This document shows positions 31,948-40,217 of a stretch of DNA of 64,000 nt, one piece after another. The stretch comes from an uncultured delta proteobacterium (GTDB lineage Bacteria > Desulfobacterota > Binatia > UBA9968). The stretch lies in assembly GCA_963760795.1 (NCBI GenBank), contig CAVXEP010000035.1:1-64000 (forward strand). Reading direction: 5' to 3'. The position numbers were made by a program, and so were the translations under genes. Numbering within the stretch: the first letter of the stretch is position 1; every line of letters begins with the position of its first letter. Below the pieces are notes generated by a model that saw nothing but the letters and a program-made list of their open reading frames with translations, was not told the origin of the DNA and made no database searches.

Positions 31948-32950
31948 TTAGCCGGCGCGCCCGTAGAGTTTGTCAATGAAGCCGGACTTCTTGATCTCTT
32001 CCATGATGCTGGTGTCCATGACCGCCGCCGGTTTGACGGTGCGCGCGTTGGGATGGGTTAACGAGTCGAGGACGTTTTGAATTCCGTTCGGCTCCGGCAC
32101 CGGATATTCGCGCACATGCTTGAGCGCGCGCTCGTAAATGTCTTTCTGTACAGCCGGGTCTTTGATGCCCTCGTCTTCGAGCGCGGCGAAGGCGGCTCGA
32201 GGTCGCGTGCGAAAAATTGCGATGCCTTCGAGATAGCCCATCAGCAGGCGGCGCACGACATCGCGGTTGGCCTTGAGCCATGCGGTCGGGAAACACGTAG
32301 CCGTAGCGCGCGTAGTCCATCGGCAGCTCGGAAAGGTCGGCCAGTATGCGGCAGCAGTTGGACGCCAGGATCTTGTGAATGCTCTCCGGGCTAACCAGGG
32401 CGCCGTCGACATGGCCGGCGGCAAGCGCGGTCATCCGAGTCGGTGTGTTGCCCGATTGCAAGACCGTCACTTCCTTGTCCGGGTCGATCTTCCACGACTT
32501 TAATACCATGCGCGTCACGGTATCGGACGCTGAGCCGATCCGGCTGATGGCGAGCCGCTTGCCTTTGAGTTCTTCCGGTTTGGTAATGTTCTTGCGCACG
32601 ATGAACACATGCTCGATCTTGTTGATGGTGACGGTGACGAGTTTTAAATCGAGAACGCCCGACACCGCCAGGTTCAACATGCCCGGCACTTCCGACTCCG
32701 AGCCGGCGATATTGCCGCCTGCGAGCGCTTGGGTCAAAACGCCGCCGCTACTGAAGTAGACGCTCTTGACGTTCAAGCCATGTTTCTCCCACAGTTTATC
32801 GCGCTCGATGATCCGGCGCAGATTGCCCAGCGACCCGGCGCCGCCGCTGTGGCCGAGGATGACGTTGTTGAGTGAGGTTTGTGCCGTGGCGACGGAGCCC
32901 GCGCTAATGAACCACAATAGTCCGCTGGCGCCTGCAAGGAATCGTCTCAT
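31948..32950 (-). CDS. NMT1/SsuA-type solute-binding protein, frameshifted near 32290
   Basis: Signal peptide; ELKGKRLAISRIGS; ends in SGFIDKLY. Confidence 0.85.
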
Positions 32951-33031
32951 TGGGGCCTCCCTGGCGAATTCAATGGCGCAGCCGCATGGCTACGATCCAC
33001 AAAACCATCGCGTCATATTCAATGACCCGTT

Positions 33032-33212
33032 CCGTCATGCCGGCGACGGCCGGCATCCAGGTTTTCTTTCGGCGCCAGACTGAGAACCGCCTGGATTCCC
33101 GTTGCCACGGGAATGACGGAAGAGGACCCGGAGCCGGATGGATTTCTCGCTGCGCTCGAAATGACAGCGTGCTGTTTTTGTGCCTGTCATCCCGAACGGA
33201 GTGAGGGATCTC
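33032..33212. repeat. Two pairs of GTCAT-type REP-like palindromes
   Basis: CGTCATGCCGGCGACGGCCGGCATCCAG / CTGGATTCCCGTTGCCACGGGAATGACG; GATTTCTCGCTGCGCTCGAAATGACA / TGTCATCCCGAACGGAGTGAGGGATCT. Confidence 0.7.
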
Positions 33213-33232
33213 GTCTTGATCCGCATGAAACG

Positions 33233-34675
33233 TCAGTGTCGCGTGCCGATCATGTCCTGCAGCAGCGCCGGGTATTTCTTGTCGAGCTCGGCTTTCAATC
33301 GATCGCTGACGGCATTCACCGCGGGAAATTTGTCTTTCCATTCATAGGGCCGGGTGGCGTCGATGATCGCCCGCGAGTTGAAACCTTTGCGTTCGCGCGG
33401 GACTGCCGGATCGAGGGGGCCGCTCCAGCAGCGGCGCAGGATGTCGATGTTCTCCGGCTCCGAGCGCGTGCCGATGGCCCAGATGACATCGTTGGGATTG
33501 TAGATGTCGACGTCATCGTCGACGACGACGACGTACCGACCGAGATAAGCGCCGGGCCGGCATTGGCTGGCGATCAGCGCCGCCTGCTTGGCGTGGCCAG
33601 GATAGCGCTGCTTGATTTTTAGAATTGAAAAAAATCGATAGGCGGCCGGGTGAAGCCAGACGCCTTGAACGTCGGGCACGCCAGCATCGTCGAGGGCGTT
33701 CCAAATCAATGCCGAGCGTTGAATCGAGCGGTGAAAGCCCTGGCCCGCCGACGGCCGCAGCGGCGGTTCGCCGCAGAGAATGGGATTATTTCTGTAATAC
33801 AACGCCTTGACGCGCACCACCGGCTCCGGCCGGGTGGCGCTGGCGTAGTATCCGGGCCATTCGCCGAACGGTCCTTCGGGAAGATCGTCGCCGGGAACCA
33901 TTTCGCCCTCAATGGCGATCTCCGAATAGGCAGGAATCGGCAGCCCGGTCAGCGGTCCGCGCACCAGTTGGATCGGCTCGCCGATGACGCCGCCGGCATA
34001 GTCGAACTCGCTCATCTTGTTCGGCACGTCGGTACAGCCGGCGAGAAACAAAATCGGATGATGGCCGAAGGACATGACCACGGGGCAGGGCTTGCCGGCG
34101 TCGAAATATTTTTGCCGCTGCACGCGGCCATGTTTGCCCGGCGAGATGTACAGTGCGACAGCGTCTTTGCCCTGCAGCATGACGCGATAAGTTCCGGCGT
34201 TGATCCAATGATCTTCGGGATCTTCGGTGATGACCAGATCGTCGGTGCCGATATAGCGGCCGCCGTCTTCCTCGTGCCAGCGCGGAATCGGGAACGCCTC
34301 GAGATCGATATTCTTATCGACGTGGTTCTCGAAAATCGCTGCGTCTTCGACGAACTGCGCCGGCACCGGTTCGAAGTTACGGATCTTACGCCGCCAGGCC
34401 TGAATGAAATCGGTCAGCCCGAGATTCGGGTCAGTGCCCATGGCGATGGCCAACCGCGGCAAAGTGTCGATCTGGCTGCAAAGAATCTCCATGTCCTGGC
34501 GCGCTCCGGGAATCTTCTCGAACAGCATGGCCGGCGGGTTGGCGCTGCGCTCGAGGATCATCTCGACCAAACCGCCGATGTCCTTGTCCCAAGGAATGTT
34601 TTCGATGCGCCGCAGTTCGCCGATTTTTTCAACTGCATTTAAGAACGCGCGCAGGTCGTGATTCGTTAGGTTCAT
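33233..34675 (-). CDS. UbiD-family (de)carboxylase
   Basis: DGGRYIGT, NAGTYR, EGPFGEWPGYY and VDDDVD motifs. Confidence 0.93.
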   Translation of the reverse strand: MNLTNHDLRAFLNAVEKIGELRRIENIPWDKDIGGLVEMILERSANPPAMLFEKIPGARQDMEILCSQIDTLPRLAIAMGTDPNLGLTDFIQAWRRKIRNFEPVPAQFVEDAAIFENHVDKNIDLEAFPIPRWHEEDGGRYIGTDDLVITEDPEDHWINAGTYRVMLQGKDAVALYISPGKHGRVQRQKYFDAGKPCPVVMSFGHHPILFLAGCTDVPNKMSEFDYAGGVIGEPIQLVRGPLTGLPIPAYSEIAIEGEMVPGDDLPEGPFGEWPGYYASATRPEPVVRVKALYYRNNPILCGEPPLRPSAGQGFHRSIQRSALIWNALDDAGVPDVQGVWLHPAAYRFFSILKIKQRYPGHAKQAALIASQCRPGAYLGRYVVVVDDDVDIYNPNDVIWAIGTRSEPENIDILRRCWSGPLDPAVPRERKGFNSRAIIDATRPYEWKDKFPAVNAVSDRLKAELDKKYPALLQDMIGTRH

Positions 34676-34758
34676 TGTTCAAAATCCTCTAAGAGGTCCA
34701 ATCGTTCAAGCCGTTCAAAATGTTCGAGTCGTAAAAACCTAAAAGCGGTAGCCCAGCT

Positions 34759-35532
34759 TCAGGTCGCGTGCTCGACCGCCGCCCGGTGCATGACGCCGTA
34801 GAGATCGACGGCGGCGGTGGCGCAGTATTCCAGGTTGTAACCTTCGCGGCAGTCGGCGTAGCCGTCTTCCAAGATGCGCTGCATGACCAGCTTATTAAAA
34901 CTGCCATGGCCCATGACGCCGTCTTCATGTTCTTTCAGGTCGGCTTCTTCATGGGTAGAAAAATAGACCGCTTGCTGTTTGGTGAAGCCGTACTTCTGCG
35001 TCAGGGTTCTGAACCACATGGCGGACCAGTGGCCGATGGGTTCTTCGGTCAACATGGAGAACCACCACTCGGCGACGGTGCCTTCCCACATGAGTTGGCG
35101 CTTGAAGTCGAGGATGGCGCGACACTCGGGCAGCATCGGTTCGCGGAGAATTTCGTCCTGGGTCAAGCCAAACGCGTCGGCGGTTTGCAGCATGACCAGC
35201 ACATGGCCCGGCGGTTTGGGATGGATGAATTCATCGGCGATCTTGACGCCGAGGGGAGCCATTAAATCCGGGTGGCGCTTAAAGAAGCCGATATGCTTGT
35301 GGTACGACACCGAGACCAGGGTGTTGATCTCGACGGTGAAGTTGCCCCAGTTCTTGAAAAACAATTTGATCGCCGGCATGGGCAGCTTGCCGTCGAGAAA
35401 TGGACTCATAAACGGGCCGTTGGTGACCCGCTCCTTCCAGCGTTGAACGACTTTCTTGTTCACTTCGCCGATGTAGGCCTTGGCTTCGTCGGGGCTCATC
35501 TTGACGCCGAGTCGGGGTGTCGTCTGGCTCAT
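34759..35532 (-). CDS. Heme-oxygenase-like putative diiron protein, subfamily B
   Basis: DEFIHPKPPGH, LTEE and YFSTHEEADLKEHEDGVMGH motifs; TenA/PqqC-like N-terminus. Confidence 0.75.
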   Translation of the reverse strand: MSQTTPRLGVKMSPDEAKAYIGEVNKKVVQRWKERVTNGPFMSPFLDGKLPMPAIKLFFKNWGNFTVEINTLVSVSYHKHIGFFKRHPDLMAPLGVKIADEFIHPKPPGHVLVMLQTADAFGLTQDEILREPMLPECRAILDFKRQLMWEGTVAEWWFSMLTEEPIGHWSAMWFRTLTQKYGFTKQQAVYFSTHEEADLKEHEDGVMGHGSFNKLVMQRILEDGYADCREGYNLEYCATAAVDLYGVMHRAAVEHAT

Positions 35533-35654
35533 AGCTTCGTAGTGGTGTAATAACAGTTTTGCGCGGGGTTAATGCAAGGCAAACAGTTTCGGGTTCCGAG
35601 TCTCGGGTTTCGGGTTCCCATCGCCAACGCGAAACCCAAGACGCTAAACTTTTG

Positions 35655-36566
35655 TTAGGTCCGATACAGATTGTCGATAAACCCGCTGTCGTCGATTTTC
35701 CTTAGATGGTGAAAATCCCACAGCGCCATGGGGTCGCACTTTTCGGCGGCTTTGTTTTGCTCGATGGCGATTTCGTAAACGTTGGAGATCGCCGGGAGGG
35801 TCGCGTAGGGCTTGGCTTGCAAGATCAGTTTCAAATCCTCGTATAGATGGGTCGCCGTCTCGTCATCGAGCTCGCCTTCGGCTTTGTATTTGTCTTTGAT
35901 GATTTTGATGCACTCGGCGCGATGGGTTTTGAAATAGGCGATGCCTTCGCAGATGCCGCGCAGCATCTTGTCGACGATGTCGGGATGCTTTTCGACGAAC
36001 ATGGAACTGCTCGACACGGTGGTGAACCACACCATCGGTAAGAACGACACGTCGATCACCTTCAGGCCGGCGCGCTTGGACAAGATATCCGCCGGCGGCG
36101 TGACGAAAGCGGCGTCGGCTTCGCCGTCGCGCACCGCTTCCCAGTGAAACTTGCTGCCTTTGGTTTTCTCGACATGGCAATCGTTGAGCAGGCCGGCCTG
36201 CTTGATGAACAGCCAGGTATTCAAGCCTGGGTGATTGCCCTTGGTGGCGATATGTTTGCCCTTCAAGTCGGCCAGTTTGTTGATCCCCGAGTCGGCGCGG
36301 ACGATCAAACGATGATTCAACAGGCTGACGGTTTGGCCCAGATAAACCCATTTGTCGCCCGCCGGACGGCGGATGTAGGGCGACAAATGATTGCCGCCGA
36401 CGAATTCGACGGAGCCGTTGGCGACGTTGTTATGGGAGTCCGCCGAGGTGATCTCGTAATCGTAGTTAACTTCCAGCCCATGTTTGGCCCAGGAGCCCGA
36501 TTCATGCACGACATGGAGGAACGGCAGATGACTGTCGGAGCGATAGGGGAAATTTACTTTATCCAT
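35655..36566 (-). CDS. NMT1-like binding-protein-fold protein without a signal peptide
   Basis: AGGAGG RBS, then MDKVNFPYRS; LADLKGK; ends in DSGFIDNLY; no hydrophobic N-terminus. Confidence 0.78.
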   Translation of the reverse strand: MDKVNFPYRSDSHLPFLHVVHESGSWAKHGLEVNYDYEITSADSHNNVANGSVEFVGGNHLSPYIRRPAGDKWVYLGQTVSLLNHRLIVRADSGINKLADLKGKHIATKGNHPGLNTWLFIKQAGLLNDCHVEKTKGSKFHWEAVRDGEADAAFVTPPADILSKRAGLKVIDVSFLPMVWFTTVSSSSMFVEKHPDIVDKMLRGICEGIAYFKTHRAECIKIIKDKYKAEGELDDETATHLYEDLKLILQAKPYATLPAISNVYEIAIEQNKAAEKCDPMALWDFHHLRKIDDSGFIDNLYRT

Positions 36567-36773
36567 GGGGCGACCCTCCTTAATGAGCTGACACTATTTG
36601 TTGTCCGCGTTGGCGTCAACCGTCGCGGCAATGGATAAAAACAGGGGTTAAAGATGCGCCGCGGATGTCGGCGTTTGTGCAGAAGCAGAAAAACCAAAAA
36701 TCGAATTAACAAAACGTGAGTCGAATTGATCCTTGCAGGCGCGGCGCGAAAAGACCGGGTGTTTTCCTGATGA

Positions 36774-37790
36774 TCATTTTTGCGCGGCGGCCCCGCGCGC
36801 CAACTCGTCATCGATGACCCGCGCGAAGGCGTCGAGAGGCTGGGCGCCGGAAATCAGCCTGCCGTTGATAAAGAATGCCGGCGTGCCGCTGACGCCGACG
36901 CGATTTCCTTCCTCGATATCTTGCTTAATCGCGGCCTGATACTTTCCGCTACCCAGGCAGGTTTCAAACGCCACCGCGTCCAGCCCCACTTCCTTGGCCA
37001 ATCCTTTAAAGAGTTCTGGACTAGAATTAGACGGACCGGCAAAGAGCTTGTCATGATAGGGCCAGAATTTCCCCTGCTCGTTGGCGCAGCGCGCCGCCTC
37101 GTGAGCTTTGGTCGCTCCTGGGTGCAGGCTCTCGATCGGAAAATCACGGAAGACCAGCTTGATTTTTTCGCCGTATTGCGACTCGAGTTGTGCCAGCGTG
37201 GGTATCACCCGTCGGCAAAAGGGACAGTGAAAATCCGAGAACTCGACGATCGTAACCGGCGCATTCGCTGGTCCTTTAAAGGGAGCTCCGTCGACCGCCA
37301 CCGCGACCCGAAGGACTGGTGGCGGCTTAAGATTCACTACGATCTTAGCTTGCGAGCGGAGTGACTTGAGAAACTCTTCGCGCTTCGCAGTGAGCTTCTG
37401 ATTTTGTAAGTGACCCCGAAGCTGGTCGCGCAGACTGCTCTCTTCGCCTTTAAGCTGGGCTTTGTTTTGTTGGTACAATGTTTCGATTTCCTGCTCCGTG
37501 ACCAGACCGACCTTTGAGGTGACCTCAGCGTCGATTAGCGCCGGAACCGAAAGCCGTCTTTTCGCCGCTTCTTTGGCAAGAAGTTTCTCGTTGATAAGCG
37601 CATCAATTCGTTGGCGCTTGAGATTGTAGATCTGCTCTTCGAGCTTGCTTAGCTGTGGCGCAAGGGTCTTCTCGACCTCCTCAGAAGTGATCGCCACGCC
37701 GTCGACTACGGCGAGTGGTGCGTCGGCCGCATGGGCCGTGAAGGGGAATCCGAGCCCTGCCAAAAACAGTAAGATCCAAAGAGCCGTCAT
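36774..37790 (-). CDS. DsbA/thioredoxin-fold oxidoreductase with a SurA-like N-terminal domain
   Basis: EFSDFHCPFC and GVSGTPAFFING motifs; signal peptide. Confidence 0.9.
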   Translation of the reverse strand: MTALWILLFLAGLGFPFTAHAADAPLAVVDGVAITSEEVEKTLAPQLSKLEEQIYNLKRQRIDALINEKLLAKEAAKRRLSVPALIDAEVTSKVGLVTEQEIETLYQQNKAQLKGEESSLRDQLRGHLQNQKLTAKREEFLKSLRSQAKIVVNLKPPPVLRVAVAVDGAPFKGPANAPVTIVEFSDFHCPFCRRVIPTLAQLESQYGEKIKLVFRDFPIESLHPGATKAHEAARCANEQGKFWPYHDKLFAGPSNSSPELFKGLAKEVGLDAVAFETCLGSGKYQAAIKQDIEEGNRVGVSGTPAFFINGRLISGAQPLDAFARVIDDELARGAAAQK

Positions 37791-37957
37791 GGAAGATTAT
37801 CCTTTTCTACAGACTTAGACCGATTGATCGAGGCAAGTCTCACACGCCGCGGATGTCTCTGCAAGAAAACCCAAGCCGCCCCGATCTCCATGATCACCGT
37901 CATCACATCGGTGATGCTACTATCGCCAACGTTTTGATCGCTAAACCAGTGGGCTAC

Positions 37958-38000
37958 AAAGCGAAGGGGAAAAGGTTAATGACACCTTTTCCCCTTCGCC
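37958..38000 (-). terminator. Strong hairpin, probable terminator after the Cys-rich gene
   Basis: GCGAAGGGGAAAAGGT-loop-ACCTTTTCCCCTTCGC; only a short U tract. Confidence 0.55.
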
Positions 38001-38114
38001 AGAATGAATTTGCTACAATAGAGAAAAGACTTCCGACCGGTTTATTCTCCTAGTAAACCAGGCGCGCACTTTATCTCAACGGTGCGCCGCCCCTAGCTTA
38101 CAGCGTCAAAGCAA

Positions 38115-38873
38115 TCAGTCTCCTATTTCCTCGCAGTTATAGTTTTTTCCGTCTTCGCTGATTGTGCAAAGTGTTTCAAGGAATAACTGCGGCAGCTCAC
38201 CGTTGTCGCAGAAAACCCCTTCACCGTCCACGAAGTTGCCCCCTTCACAGATTCTCGCGGTGCCCAAAAACTGGTTGGCAGTAAAATTTACGAATTTATA
38301 ATCACCATCCAGTTGGGTGCTGCAGATCTCATCTCCATCTTCCTGCGGGATATTGACTGAGAGCTTCGTTGTGCAATTCTTACCCTTGCACTGCACTGCT
38401 CCGTCACCCGTCTGCGCGAACAGAGGAAAATCAACATCGTTCGCGTCGATGGTCACGTCTGGTGTAATGATGCAATCGTCGTCGTGATGGTCGTGGCCCT
38501 TACCTCTACCGTTAAATTCGTGATCTTTGCACTCCGGCTTTTTTGTCTCCTTCACTTTCTTTTCTTTTGTCGTGGCAGTGAGGGTGACCTCTGACGAGGG
38601 CGCCGGAATGCAAACAAGCGTGCCTGTTAAAGAATTAGTTTCAGAAAAAGGACTTGGATCAACTTCACATCTAGCAGTCGAATTAGTCAACGCTCCGCCA
38701 GTGCTGGTCAGAGTACAGTCTTCACTGCCGGGAACCCATCGGACACATGTCCGTGATCCGGCGATATTTCTCCATGTTCTGCATACCTCCTCCTGCGCTT
38801 GCGCGTCGGCTGCAAACCACGATAGCAAGAGCGCGCTGACGGTGATTATGCCCAATAAAATTCGTTTAAACAT
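38115..38873 (-). CDS. Secreted Cys-rich hypothetical protein (14 Cys)
   Basis: Signal peptide; AAGGAG RBS; CRTWRNIAGSRTCVRW N-terminal motif; His/Asp patch GHDHHDDD. Confidence 0.75.
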   Translation of the reverse strand: MFKRILLGIITVSALLLSWFAADAQAQEEVCRTWRNIAGSRTCVRWVPGSEDCTLTSTGGALTNSTARCEVDPSPFSETNSLTGTLVCIPAPSSEVTLTATTKEKKVKETKKPECKDHEFNGRGKGHDHHDDDCIITPDVTIDANDVDFPLFAQTGDGAVQCKGKNCTTKLSVNIPQEDGDEICSTQLDGDYKFVNFTANQFLGTARICEGGNFVDGEGVFCDNGELPQLFLETLCTISEDGKNYNCEEIGD

Positions 38874-39344
38874 TGAATCCTTCTCCTTCTTGTCTTGATC
38901 AACACATTGTTGCCCAGTTTTGTAAGGGTTCTTCCTGTAGATAGGATCGATCCCTATCTACTGCAAATCTATGACGTCATAACCCTAACCTCCTGTCTCC
39001 CGTCGATGACCAATGCTACCTCCCTAGCTTCCCCCGCATGGAAACGCCAGTCATGTTACAAAAGTTCATATTCAGCACAAACGAATCGAATTCGAGCAAG
39101 TGATTGGCAATCGACCTTCTACAACGAAGGAAGGTCTTGGCAATCATACGAGCGGGTATCGCCGCGTCTGAAGCCGGTTAGGTCGGCCGTGCATCGTTGC
39201 GCCTTCCGTCCCGGCTGTGCTTAGGTGCGCCGTAAACTGCTTGTAAGGGATCTTCCTGTGAACTCGCCCCGGAATCCTTCGACGCAACATTTTCCTATGT
39301 AAAAGGTCTACAGCGGTGTTGCTCTTGCTCCTTCCTCACGCTTT

Positions 39345-40079
39345 TTATAACTGCGGGCATTGCCCATTCACTACCGTATCAAGGTCGCAACAGGAATATG
39401 GAAGTTTATCTCCGGGACGGTAGTTGGTTAGGTTTACTGTGCACCGCTGTGCTAACTCGGCCTCTACTCCCGGTACCGCGCATGTGCCGCTTGGAGTACG
39501 GTCTATTGTATCGCAACACTGTGCTGTGTTGTCGAATCCGCCCGGGCAGACTAGAACCTGTGCGTTAAATACTTCGGCGGTAAAAGTTAGGAATGTCCAG
39601 TTGGGGTTGATGCAGATATCGTCGGTAAGGTCGGGATTGAGTATGACCTGACTGGGACACTTGCCGTTCCGGGAACAAGTATCGATGTCCTCAGTCTGGC
39701 TTAGAAACGCTTTTAGAGTAAACGGTTGACCTTGGGACTTGCGCGCATTGCCGGCCGGATTTACGCAAAAAGCTATTCCTTGAATGGCGCAATCTGCGTC
39801 GATATCGTTGGGATTACACAGACCATCGCCTACGTCTACAGTGCCAAATGCCGAACCTGTGATAGTTGGGCAAGTGCCAAGATCTGGGTCGCAATCTTTG
39901 ATGTTGCCTACCCCAGTACTTATAGCGTCAAGAACTTCGCTACCCGTACTCCAGCTGAGGCATGTCTTTGAGCCCCCAACCGAGCGCCATCTCAGGCAGG
40001 TCTGAGCGTCCGCTTCGCTCCACAATATCGGTAACACGCTGATGGCGATGAGAGCAATTATCAGTCGTCGATACATCAT
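39345..40079 (-). CDS. Secreted Cys-rich hypothetical protein (18 Cys), paralog of 38115
   Basis: Signal peptide ending ADA; AAGGAG RBS; CLRWRSVGGSKTCLSW. Confidence 0.75.
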   Translation of the reverse strand: MMYRRLIIALIAISVLPILWSEADAQTCLRWRSVGGSKTCLSWSTGSEVLDAISTGVGNIKDCDPDLGTCPTITGSAFGTVDVGDGLCNPNDIDADCAIQGIAFCVNPAGNARKSQGQPFTLKAFLSQTEDIDTCSRNGKCPSQVILNPDLTDDICINPNWTFLTFTAEVFNAQVLVCPGGFDNTAQCCDTIDRTPSGTCAVPGVEAELAQRCTVNLTNYRPGDKLPYSCCDLDTVVNGQCPQL

Positions 40080-40217
40080 AACAATCTCCTTACTATCTCG
40101 TTCATTAACTGTTGGTTCGCGCCCACAATGTTTGTACCAGGCAACAAGCTCTACAGTGGGATAGCTGTGTCTCTGTTCCACCCTACAATGAGAAAACCGA
40201 AGCCTCTCTGGCTTTCC

